A stretch of DNA of 64,000 bases from Gemmatimonadota bacterium (GCA_036679605.1 JAZDCZ010000091.1:8521-72520); one strand, 5' to 3'. Shown: positions 9,389 through 16,352, counted from the stretch's first letter. Translations and numbers: made by a program. Notes: generated by a model from the sequence alone, not told the origin.

Positions 9389-9389
9389 C

Positions 9390-9622
9390 CCACTCCCCCC
9401 CGAAAGTGCACGTCGGCGATTTTCAGTGCATATTACGATCAATATTCGAGTGAGGTGAGCGGCTAAAGGAAGCAAGCGCAACTGATTGCGCCGCTCTGAT
9501 CGTAGCCGAAAGCGTCGACCAGGACAGTTACGCAGGAAGACCCGATCGGGCTGGCCGGTGGGCTCAATCTCTACGGGTTTGCCAACGGGGATCCGATTAA
9601 TTTCAGTGACCCGTTTGGGTTG
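9390..9622 (+). repeat. Array repeat copy 5b
   Basis: Same site, linker and Rhs stub. Confidence 0.95.
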
Positions 9623-10108
9623 TGTCCAGTGTGGCTCGATGGTATTCCGTGCGTAGCTCCGGTTGCCAACTTCATGACGCCAGCGCGGGCACCGGGTCAG
9701 CGGAGTGGAGTCGGCGGTAGTGAATTTGGCTTTACGCGTAGCGGTGGTGCTCTATTCCACAACGGTTTTGACCAGGATGCGCCTGTTCTGACCTCAATTG
9801 CAGCTCCAGGTGACGGTACACTGACCGTCGGATTCAACGACAAGTCCGGGCTCAACGTCACACTTGATCTTGGGAATGGAGCGTCCGTGAGTTTCTCTCA
9901 TCTGTCAAAAGCCCCTGCTGGGCTCGCTGTTGGCGAAGGCCTCCAAGTACAGGCTGGTCAGACGATCGGTTACGCGGGTACAAGTGGAAACTCTGCGGGA
10001 TCCGGACGCGATCCTCATGCCCACATCGTAACACGCGTGAAGCAACGAACGTGTAATCCACGCGACTTCTTTTCTGAAAGTGGTGGGGGTGGCAGTTGTG
10101 GGAACTAA
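9530..10108 (+). CDS. Orphan Rhs C-terminal toxin module 5: M23 metallopeptidase
   Basis: FHNGFD (HxxxD), FSHL, VQAGQTIGYAGTSGN, PHAH (HxH). Confidence 0.9.
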   Translation, partial: TQEDPIGLAGGLNLYGFANGDPINFSDPFGLCPVWLDGIPCVAPVANFMTPARAPGQRSGVGGSEFGFTRSGGALFHNGFDQDAPVLTSIAAPGDGTLTVGFNDKSGLNVTLDLGNGASVSFSHLSKAPAGLAVGEGLQVQAGQTIGYAGTSGNSAGSGRDPHAHIVTRVKQRTCNPRDFFSESGGGGSCGN

Positions 10109-10797
10109 TGTGCTCTAGGAATGCGGTCATTGTGCGTGCTAGTGGGCTATTGAGAACCGGCAGCATCGTCCTTCTGGTTCTACAGTTCGCAGCGTGCCGA
10201 AGTGCAAAGAAACAGGACGATGCCACTCCGCATACTTCTCGCGACCTGGCCTGCGATCCTGCAGAAGTGGTCGCGGTGAGTTCCGGAGACAAACAGGTCG
10301 CGGTTGTAGATCTAGATTGCGACGGTGTAAGTGACAGCGTGACAGTTACGTGGAAGATACACGAGACTGGGCGCCGTCCGACTCTTACCGTGCACGGCTC
10401 TTTAGGTGGTGAGATATCGACGGAAGGAGATTTTCTTCCAGAGCTTGTTTCCTTCGGCGACCTCGACAGTGACGGAATGCGAGACATACTCGTTGTTAGC
10501 GTCACTGAGTCGAGTGTGTTCGCTGAAGTCGTCATGGTTCACCGTGACGGGGATCTCAGTCTAGTGACTTTTCCTAGCCTTTCGTTGCGCCGAGCAATGC
10601 AATACCGGTTCCACGACGTAGGGTGGAGTTCGGGGTGCCTTGGCACTCTCATGCCTCGGCTGGAGCGATTAGGTACGGGAGGTCTTGCAGTGTCGTTGGC
10701 TACTGGAGACTACCGTCGGGAGGGTGACTGTGCACGCGCTCGTCGTCAGATATTGCGCGTCGTAGACCAGCGCTTTGAACCGGTTGAGGAACGCTGA
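10108..10797 (+). CDS. Putative lipoprotein immunity protein for toxin 5
   Basis: TAATG overlap; lipobox FAAC; DLDCDG and GDLDSDGMRD (FG-GAP-like) loops. Confidence 0.7.
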   Translation: MCSRNAVIVRASGLLRTGSIVLLVLQFAACRSAKKQDDATPHTSRDLACDPAEVVAVSSGDKQVAVVDLDCDGVSDSVTVTWKIHETGRRPTLTVHGSLGGEISTEGDFLPELVSFGDLDSDGMRDILVVSVTESSVFAEVVMVHRDGDLSLVTFPSLSLRRAMQYRFHDVGWSSGCLGTLMPRLERLGTGGLAVSLATGDYRREGDCARARRQILRVVDQRFEPVEER

Positions 10798-10857
10798 GTT
10801 CGATGCCGGAGCTATGTGAGCACATCCCGGCTTCGCTGGGCTGTGTGTTTTTGGTAG

Positions 10858-10923
10858 CTACGCCGTGCGCCGTCGTGACTCGACGAGTGCGTCGACGAAC
10901 TTGAGGACAGCTCGCTGATCTGA
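10858..10923 (-). pseudogene. Last ~21 codons of XRE regulator, cut by CGCGGAT element
   Basis: Reverse strand reads SDQRAVLKFVDALVESRRRTA*. Confidence 0.8.
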
Positions 10924-11587
10924 GAGCCGCGGATAAGAACGCGGATAGACGCGGATCTTTCGTACCTGCCCGTGGGTTGCACGACATTACCAGCCTCTGG
11001 AACTCTGCGCGTCTCCCAAAATTGAGCCGCAGATAATTACGCTGATGCACGCGGATGTTTCGTACCTGGCTGCGGGTTGCGCGACATTACCAGCCTCCGG
11101 AACTCTGCACGTCTCCCAAAATTGAGCAATAAGCCAACTTCGAGTTTCGTGGCGCGCAAATAGTTGAGCACTTGCGCCGTGTGGGAAGGCTCTAGCTGTG
11201 CGAGCGCTTTGATCTCGACCAGTACCTTGTGTTCCACAATGAGGTCTGTGCGAAATCGAGCGATTGGAAGGCCGCGATAACGGACTTCGGCTGGGGTTTC
11301 GGTGTCGACGAGAAGACTGGAGGCCCGGAGATCGTGTGCGAGGGCCCGCTGATAGACTCGCTCGGCGAAGCCTCGGCCGAGTGTGTTGAAGACCTCATAG
11401 AATGATCCGATTATATTGTGGGTGATGGCGGCGTGGGGCAAGTTGGGGTGCAGGGTTGGCGGTTCGTTCATGGACCGAATATGGTGCCCTCTGCGCGAAT
11501 TGCGGTATCGATTTTTTGCGCAGTGAAGCCTTTTCCCGCATTGGAGTGCGGTTAATCCGCGTTAATCCGCGCACCAATCCGTGGCCC
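10924..11587. mobile_element. Triple-CGCGGAT inverted-end element carrying GxxExxY (nested: outer end 10924, inner end 11024)
   Basis: Left ends GAGCCGCGGAT-N4-ACGCGGAT-N2-ACGCGGAT; right end is the inverted equivalent ending ATCCGTGGCCC, followed by GGAAGAC of the Rhs core. Confidence 0.7.
11037..11471 (-). CDS. GxxExxY protein (PD-(D/E)xK nuclease-like)
   Basis: LGRGFAERVY, RTDLIVE, LVEIKA, QVLNYL, GLLLNFG. Confidence 0.93.
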   Translation of the reverse strand: MNEPPTLHPNLPHAAITHNIIGSFYEVFNTLGRGFAERVYQRALAHDLRASSLLVDTETPAEVRYRGLPIARFRTDLIVEHKVLVEIKALAQLEPSHTAQVLNYLRATKLEVGLLLNFGRRAEFRRLVMSRNPQPGTKHPRASA

Positions 11588-11588
11588 G

Positions 11589-12152
11589 GAAGACCCGATC
11601 GGGCTGGCCGGTGGGCTCAACCTGTATGGGTTTGCAAATGGGGATCCGGTTAATTTCAGTGATCCGTTTGGGTTGTGTAAGGACAAGGACGGTGAAGAGC
11701 TGCCGGCGGATCAGTGTCGAGACGCAACCAAGCAGGAAGGCAAAGCGACCTACACAGCTGCGGTCGCAATGGGTTCGTGGACGTGGACGATGGGGAGAGA
11801 GGGTGAGCCGGCAAAGGACGTGGCGAACCAGGTTGGCGACTGCACCGACTACTGCGAGTCTGCTCACCGAGGCGCGGGACTTCCCGGCTTGGATCCGCGG
11901 CCAGCGACATCCGGGTTCGCCTCTTCCTCGGACTACCGCGCTTTGGGATCGGAAGCCCCCCAAGCTGGCGATGTGATCGTTCAGGGTGGGCATGCCGGCA
12001 TTTTCAGCGGGCAGTACGATAGTCAGGACAGACCACTCGGAATCCAGAACGGCGGCAGTGGAACGAAGGTGATTCCCTGGGGCCCCAATGTCTCTGGACT
12101 CGCCAAGGTGAACCCCGTGTTCTACCGGCGCCAGGTTCCAAAGAACCCCTAG
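11589..12152 (+). CDS. Orphan Rhs C-terminal toxin module 6: NlpC/P60-like (papain-fold) hydrolase
   Basis: Stub EDPIG...DPFGL; GDCTDYC, PQAGDVIV, GHAGIF motifs. Confidence 0.78.
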   Translation, partial: EDPIGLAGGLNLYGFANGDPVNFSDPFGLCKDKDGEELPADQCRDATKQEGKATYTAAVAMGSWTWTMGREGEPAKDVANQVGDCTDYCESAHRGAGLPGLDPRPATSGFASSSDYRALGSEAPQAGDVIVQGGHAGIFSGQYDSQDRPLGIQNGGSGTKVIPWGPNVSGLAKVNPVFYRRQVPKNP

Positions 12153-12167
12153 CCGCACGGAGCAAGC

Positions 12168-12692
12168 ATGAAGACGAAATCGACACTAGCGGCAGTGATA
12201 CTTATACTTACAGCTTGCAGTTCTGCAGGAGAGAGCCAGATGCGGGCGGAAGCTGCGAGAAGTCTAGTCAAACAATTCGTAGACGCCGAGATGGATGGTG
12301 ATTCAGAAACGGCGTGGGCACTCCTGACGGGATGTGACGTCTTGCCAACGGCCGACTACATCGAGCCGACGCTCTCATACGAGATTCTGGATGCTATCGA
12401 ACAGAATGGGCGAGTCACGATCCCAGTACGGTACGTAGTTCTAGGGAAGGCATGGTCGTATGACGTCCGGCAGGTCGGGCAGCACAACTGGCGATTTGTG
12501 CCCGACGTCCGCGTCGATACCGTTGAATTCTCCATCGACGATGATCGCGAGGGGCCATTGAGGATAGTCTGCGCCTACCTCCCGCCGATACATGATGCGG
12601 CTATGCAGATGGCAGGAACGATTGAGCGGTTTGATGAAGAATCACGGGCGGCTTGGGAGGATGCGATGCGAAAAGCGCGGGAGCTACGGTAA
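12168..12692 (+). CDS. Putative lipoprotein immunity protein for toxin 6
   Basis: MKTKSTLAAVILILTAC lipobox; directly after toxin. Confidence 0.75.
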   Translation: MKTKSTLAAVILILTACSSAGESQMRAEAARSLVKQFVDAEMDGDSETAWALLTGCDVLPTADYIEPTLSYEILDAIEQNGRVTIPVRYVVLGKAWSYDVRQVGQHNWRFVPDVRVDTVEFSIDDDREGPLRIVCAYLPPIHDAAMQMAGTIERFDEESRAAWEDAMRKARELR

Positions 12693-12713
12693 CCTGCGCT
12701 GGTGCGACTGCTG

Positions 12714-13085
12714 CTACGCAGAGCGCCGTCGTGATTCGACGAGGGCGTCGACGAACTTGAGGACGGCGCGTTGATCTGACTGGGGCAGTTTTTCTACCTG
12801 CTGGATCCGTTTCATGAGCCTCGCCTTTTTCGGTGAGGCTTTTGGTTTCATGGGTTTCAATCCAAGTAGCCCGTCGGCGGAAACCTTGAGCGCGATTGCC
12901 AGGTCGGCGAGCAACGCGCCGGGCGGTTGAGCATCCTGTGTTTCGTAGTAGGCGATGACCCGCTGTGACACATCGACCATGTGACCCAACTCGGCCTGTG
13001 TAACGTCCCGGGTCCGCCGGAGGTCTGCCAACCGCGGGCCAAAGCCTTCGATGGTCCGCTGCTTCATCTGCAACACCTCGCTCAT
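12714..13085 (-). CDS. XRE-family HTH regulator (only apparently intact copy)
   Basis: FGPRLADLRRTRDVTQAELG...VSQRVIAYYE; GGAGG RBS. Confidence 0.88.
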   Translation of the reverse strand: MSEVLQMKQRTIEGFGPRLADLRRTRDVTQAELGHMVDVSQRVIAYYETQDAQPPGALLADLAIALKVSADGLLGLKPMKPKASPKKARLMKRIQQVEKLPQSDQRAVLKFVDALVESRRRSA

Positions 13086-13200
13086 GTCGTGACCTCCGAA
13101 GGGTAAGGGTGGTATCCGGTAACGGTGCGTCTGACTTGGACAGTTGGCGATACAGCCTGCGTGCCTTGGCAATGGAGGGAGCCGAGCTTAGACTGATACC

Positions 13201-13437
13201 ATGCCGACGGTCCTCCGGACTGGCCCTTACCGATTCTTCTTCTATTCCGCCGATCGGGAGGAGCCGCCGCATGTGCACGTCGAGCGCGACGACTGCCGGG
13301 CGAAATTCTGGCTTGACACGGTCCGGCTGCACGACAGTACGGCGTTCCAACGCCCCGAACTTGGGCGCCTGGAGGGGATAGTGCAGAGGCATCACGACGA
13401 GTTGCTGAGAGCATGGCATGACTTCTTCGCCGCTTGA
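13201..13437 (+). CDS. DUF4160-family protein (putative TA partner)
   Basis: MPTVLR.GPYRFFFYS.D..EPPHVHV...AKFWL. Confidence 0.88.
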   Translation: MPTVLRTGPYRFFFYSADREEPPHVHVERDDCRAKFWLDTVRLHDSTAFQRPELGRLEGIVQRHHDELLRAWHDFFAA

Positions 13438-13723
13438 ACTCCGGTCAGGGGTGGCTCAGACCGTCACGGTGACCGACGAGGCCCTGGTCGTCGACTTGGT
13501 GGATGGGCGAACTGTCTCTGTGCCGCTCATGTGGTTCCCCCGCCTCCTGCATGGCACACCTGCCGAGCGCGGCGAGTGGCGCTTGATCGGGCGCGGCGAG
13601 GGCATTCACTGGCAACGACTCGACGAGGATATCAGCGTCGACAGTCTGCTGGCGGGGCGCGCGTCTGGCGAGGCTCAGGCTTCGCTTCAACGTTGGCTCG
13701 AGAACCGCAAGGCTGCTGGCTGA
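13418..13723 (+). CDS. DUF2442-family protein (putative TA partner)
   Basis: LVDGRTVSVPLMWFPRL, GIHWQRLDEDISV. Confidence 0.88.
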   Translation: MTSSPLELRSGVAQTVTVTDEALVVDLVDGRTVSVPLMWFPRLLHGTPAERGEWRLIGRGEGIHWQRLDEDISVDSLLAGRASGEAQASLQRWLENRKAAG

Positions 13724-13937
13724 AGTTACGTTAACTGGGGCCGCGGATGATCGATCTGGGGCCTGGGGGCACCGAACGACGACTCGGTGCGTGACTGACT
13801 GCGTTTGGGCATTGCGGTGGGGTGCCGGTGGCCAGAGTGAACTCAAGTAGAGCGCTCTCGCAAGTGCAGCTGGTGGATCGCGGCTAAAGCCGCACGAGCA
13901 AGAGAAGATTCCGTCCCCACCACCCGCGAAGCGCGCC

Positions 13938-13994
13938 CCACTCCCCCTCAAGAGTGCACGTCGGCGATTTTCAGTGCATATTACGATCAAAACT
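13938..13994 (+). repeat. Conserved site only (copy 7), followed directly by a CGCGGAT element
   Basis: CCACT-C5-TCAAGAGTGCACGTCGGCGATTTTCAGTGCATATTACGATCAAAACT. Confidence 0.9.
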
Positions 13995-14147
13995 GTGCCG
14001 CGGATAAGAACGCGGATAGACGCGGACAACAGCTCTGGTCGACCGTAGGCTCCGCCCTGGCGGCCTGGCTTGCTGTAGGCCTGCTGCATGCACGTAGCAG
14101 GTTTACGGAGTCGATTCGCGTTAAATCCGCGCAACAATCCGCGGCCT
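13995..14147. mobile_element. Gene-less (MITE-like) triple-CGCGGAT element A
   Basis: Inverted triple-repeat ends; first ~105 bp homologous to element B. Confidence 0.7.
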
Positions 14148-14148
14148 G

Positions 14149-14187
14149 TATTATGATCCGGCTACCGGTAGATTTACGCAGGAAGAC
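14149..14187 (+). pseudogene. Rhs core fragment YYDPATGRFTQED between two MITE-like elements
   Basis: Direct translation; continues at 14422 after the insertion. Confidence 0.85.
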
Positions 14188-14421
14188 GAGCCGCGGATAG
14201 CAACGCGGATAGACGCGGATAACAACTCTGGTCGGCCGAAGACTCCGCCCTGGCGGCCTGGATTGTTGTAGTTCTGCGGCATGCACGTAGCAGCCACGGA
14301 TGATGGCGCGGATTGACAGGGCAGCGCGAGGACTTTCGTTCAGTTGTACTGGGAGCCGTGTGCTTTTCGCGTGCGAGATGGCCCGAAATCCGCGTTCATC
14401 CGCGCAACAGATCCGCGGCCC
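14188..14421. mobile_element. Gene-less (MITE-like) triple-CGCGGAT element B with 7-bp flanking direct repeat
   Basis: GGAAGAC at 14181-14187 and 14422-14428; ends GAGCCGCGGAT / ATCCGCGGCCC. Confidence 0.78.
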
Positions 14422-14422
14422 G

Positions 14423-14989
14423 GAAGACCCGATCGGGCTGGCCGGCGGGCTCAACCTGTATGGGTTTGCCAACGGGGATCCGGTTAATTTCAGTGATCCG
14501 TTTGGGCTGAAAGCGTGTGATCCGCCGGACGATCCAAGCTGCACGGGTGGTGAGGCTTCGACGGCTTCCGAAGCAGCTGGTAAGGTCGTCGACTTCCTTG
14601 AATCCCTTCCTGGAAAGGCCGTTTCACTCCTTGCTGAAGGGGTGGGTGCGTTCGGCCGGATTCTAAGCTCGGTGGTTCCTGGGGTTGGGAACGCGGCGGC
14701 TGCGGCGACTGGCATCGATCCTGAAGGGAACCGCCTAGGTAATCTAGCCCGAGCAGCAGCTGTGGGAGCTGCTGTCACGGAGGTCGTACTTACTAGACCC
14801 ACGCCCGGCGGCGACGGAGGGATTTCTCGACATGTCCTAGAAAAGGTGGGAGGTCGAACTAACCGCGTTATCCATCAGGTCGAACGAGCTGGAGGGATCG
14901 TGCACCAACATACGACTCACGTCGGTAAGTATGGGGGATTAAGGCGCTTTCCAGACAAGTGGACGGGAATACCAACCATCAAGAGGTGA
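14423..14989 (+). CDS. Orphan Rhs C-terminal toxin module 7 (His-rich basic tip, possibly a nuclease)
   Basis: Stub EDPIG...DPFGL; C-terminal RHVLEK...VIHQV...IVHQHTTHVGK. Confidence 0.75.
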   Translation, partial: EDPIGLAGGLNLYGFANGDPVNFSDPFGLKACDPPDDPSCTGGEASTASEAAGKVVDFLESLPGKAVSLLAEGVGAFGRILSSVVPGVGNAAAAATGIDPEGNRLGNLARAAAVGAAVTEVVLTRPTPGGDGGISRHVLEKVGGRTNRVIHQVERAGGIVHQHTTHVGKYGGLRRFPDKWTGIPTIKR

Positions 14990-14993
14990 CGAT

Positions 14994-15290
14994 ATGGGAT
15001 CGGATCTCGAACCGTTCATCGTCGACGTCATAGAGATGAGCCAGCGAGTGATTAGTGAATTCCGATCAACGCTGGCAGCACTCGGTTTGGACGCAGACGT
15101 GCCTCAAGTGAGCCGTTCTCCCCATGGCGTAGAGATCGTCTCCTATGTGCGCCGCCAGGGAGATATTGAGGATGCCATTGAGTTTGCGGCGGTCGAGAAT
15201 GACCGGGTCACTTACTCCGTGAGAGAACTAGAGAAGTGGCTTCGTAACGCGCTGGACGATGTCGTCCGCAGAGCGGTTGAGGGAGCGTGA
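14994..15290 (+). CDS. Putative immunity protein for toxin 7 (acidic, cytoplasmic)
   Basis: Starts 4 bp after toxin stop; GAGG RBS. Confidence 0.7.
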   Translation: MGSDLEPFIVDVIEMSQRVISEFRSTLAALGLDADVPQVSRSPHGVEIVSYVRRQGDIEDAIEFAAVENDRVTYSVRELEKWLRNALDDVVRRAVEGA

Positions 15291-15313
15291 GGATTGTCGT
15301 CGGCTACTGGAGA

Positions 15314-15389
15314 GGCTCTGGGCCTGGGATCACAAAGATCGACTCTCGGGTTAGCTCTACTAATCTGGGCAATCCCAGTACACGCGCGA
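15314..15389 (+). repeat. 76-bp remnant of toxin module 2 (matches 3133-3208)
   Basis: 71/76 identical by manual alignment. Confidence 0.85.
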
Positions 15390-15627
15390 AGGCCGCAGTG
15401 CGATAGCCACCGAGCGGTCTGCCAGCGCCAGTTTCTATGGGGCGGATGAGAAGCTGATGTTTCAGCAGTCGAATAACGACTCACTGGACGTGTAGGGTAC
15501 TCCTCAGCAGGCGGCGTGGTGCGTATCAGGAGTACTAGTACGAGGCGAGCCGCGGGGCCCGAAGCCTTCCTCGCGCTTCATCGTTCGTCGGCTAGCCCAG
15601 TCGCCCCGTTGCTTTGATGAACCGGAC

Positions 15628-15666
15628 TTGACCACGTCGCCTCCCCATGTGATCTTACCAGTAAGA
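15628..15666 (+). promoter_or_regulatory. Putative AbrB-PIN promoter/operator
   Basis: TTGACC-17-GATCTT overlapped by perfect palindrome TCTTAC-CA-GTAAGA. Confidence 0.6.
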
Positions 15667-15687
15667 ATACGAACGAGGAAACCGGCT

Positions 15688-15951
15688 ATGGCATCGGTAG
15701 CGACGACAAGACTGTCCTCCAAGGGACAGGTGGTCATCCCTGAGGAGATCCGGCGGCGTCTGGGCCTGGAGACCGGTGCCCAGTTCGTCGTAGTGGGGGA
15801 GGGGGACGTTGTGGTACTGAAGGCGGTGCAGCCGCCGTCGATGCGGCAGTTCGACGACGTGATGCGGGCGGCGCGTAAGGCGGCCCGCCGCGCGTGTATG
15901 AAGCGTCGCGATGTTGCCGATGCGGTTCGCAAGGCGCGACGCTCGACGTGA
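15688..15951 (+). CDS. AbrB/MazE-type antitoxin
   Basis: TRLSSKGQVVIPEEIRRRLGL. Confidence 0.9.
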   Translation: MASVATTRLSSKGQVVIPEEIRRRLGLETGAQFVVVGEGDVVVLKAVQPPSMRQFDDVMRAARKAARRACMKRRDVADAVRKARRST

Positions 15952-16352
15952 GGGTAGTAATCGACACCAACGTACTGGTGTCGGGCGTTTTCTTCGGAGG
16001 TGTGCCGGGTCGGATTCTCGAAGCGTGGCGAGACGGGAAACTCGCACTCGTTGTGTCGCCTGCGATCCTCGAGGAATACGAGCGTGTGGGCGCTGTGCTT
16101 GCCGTGCAGTATGAAGGAGCGGAACTGGAGCCGTTTCTCGCGCTTGTCGCTGTGCACGCGGATGTCGTCCAAGCCGCTCCTCTGGCGGAGGGTCTCTGCG
16201 CCGATCCCGATGACGACATGTTTATGGCGTGTGCCCTAGCCGGTGCGGCGACCGTTGTGGTGTCGGGGGATAAGGCGCTTCGGAGGGTATCTGGCTGGAA
16301 CGGGATCGAGGTGCTTGCTCCGAGAGCATTCGCCGACCGCTACCTGAGCTGA
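15948..16352 (+). CDS. PIN-domain toxin (PIN_3 type)
   Basis: VVIDTNVLVS, CADPDDDMF, VVSGDKAL; GTGA overlap. Confidence 0.9.
   Translation: MRVVIDTNVLVSGVFFGGVPGRILEAWRDGKLALVVSPAILEEYERVGAVLAVQYEGAELEPFLALVAVHADVVQAAPLAEGLCADPDDDMFMACALAGAATVVVSGDKALRRVSGWNGIEVLAPRAFADRYLS

Noticed and set aside
10949..11128. DGR template/variable repeat pair
   Set aside because: Mismatches are not adenine-specific and there is no reverse transcriptase
421..13994. Classical integron attC sites
   Set aside because: No RYYYAAC...GTTRRRY inverted core or long hairpin seen in the site; no IntI in the window
421..14509. CRISPR array
   Set aside because: Repeats are ~55-235 bp and separated by kb-scale gene cassettes; no cas genes
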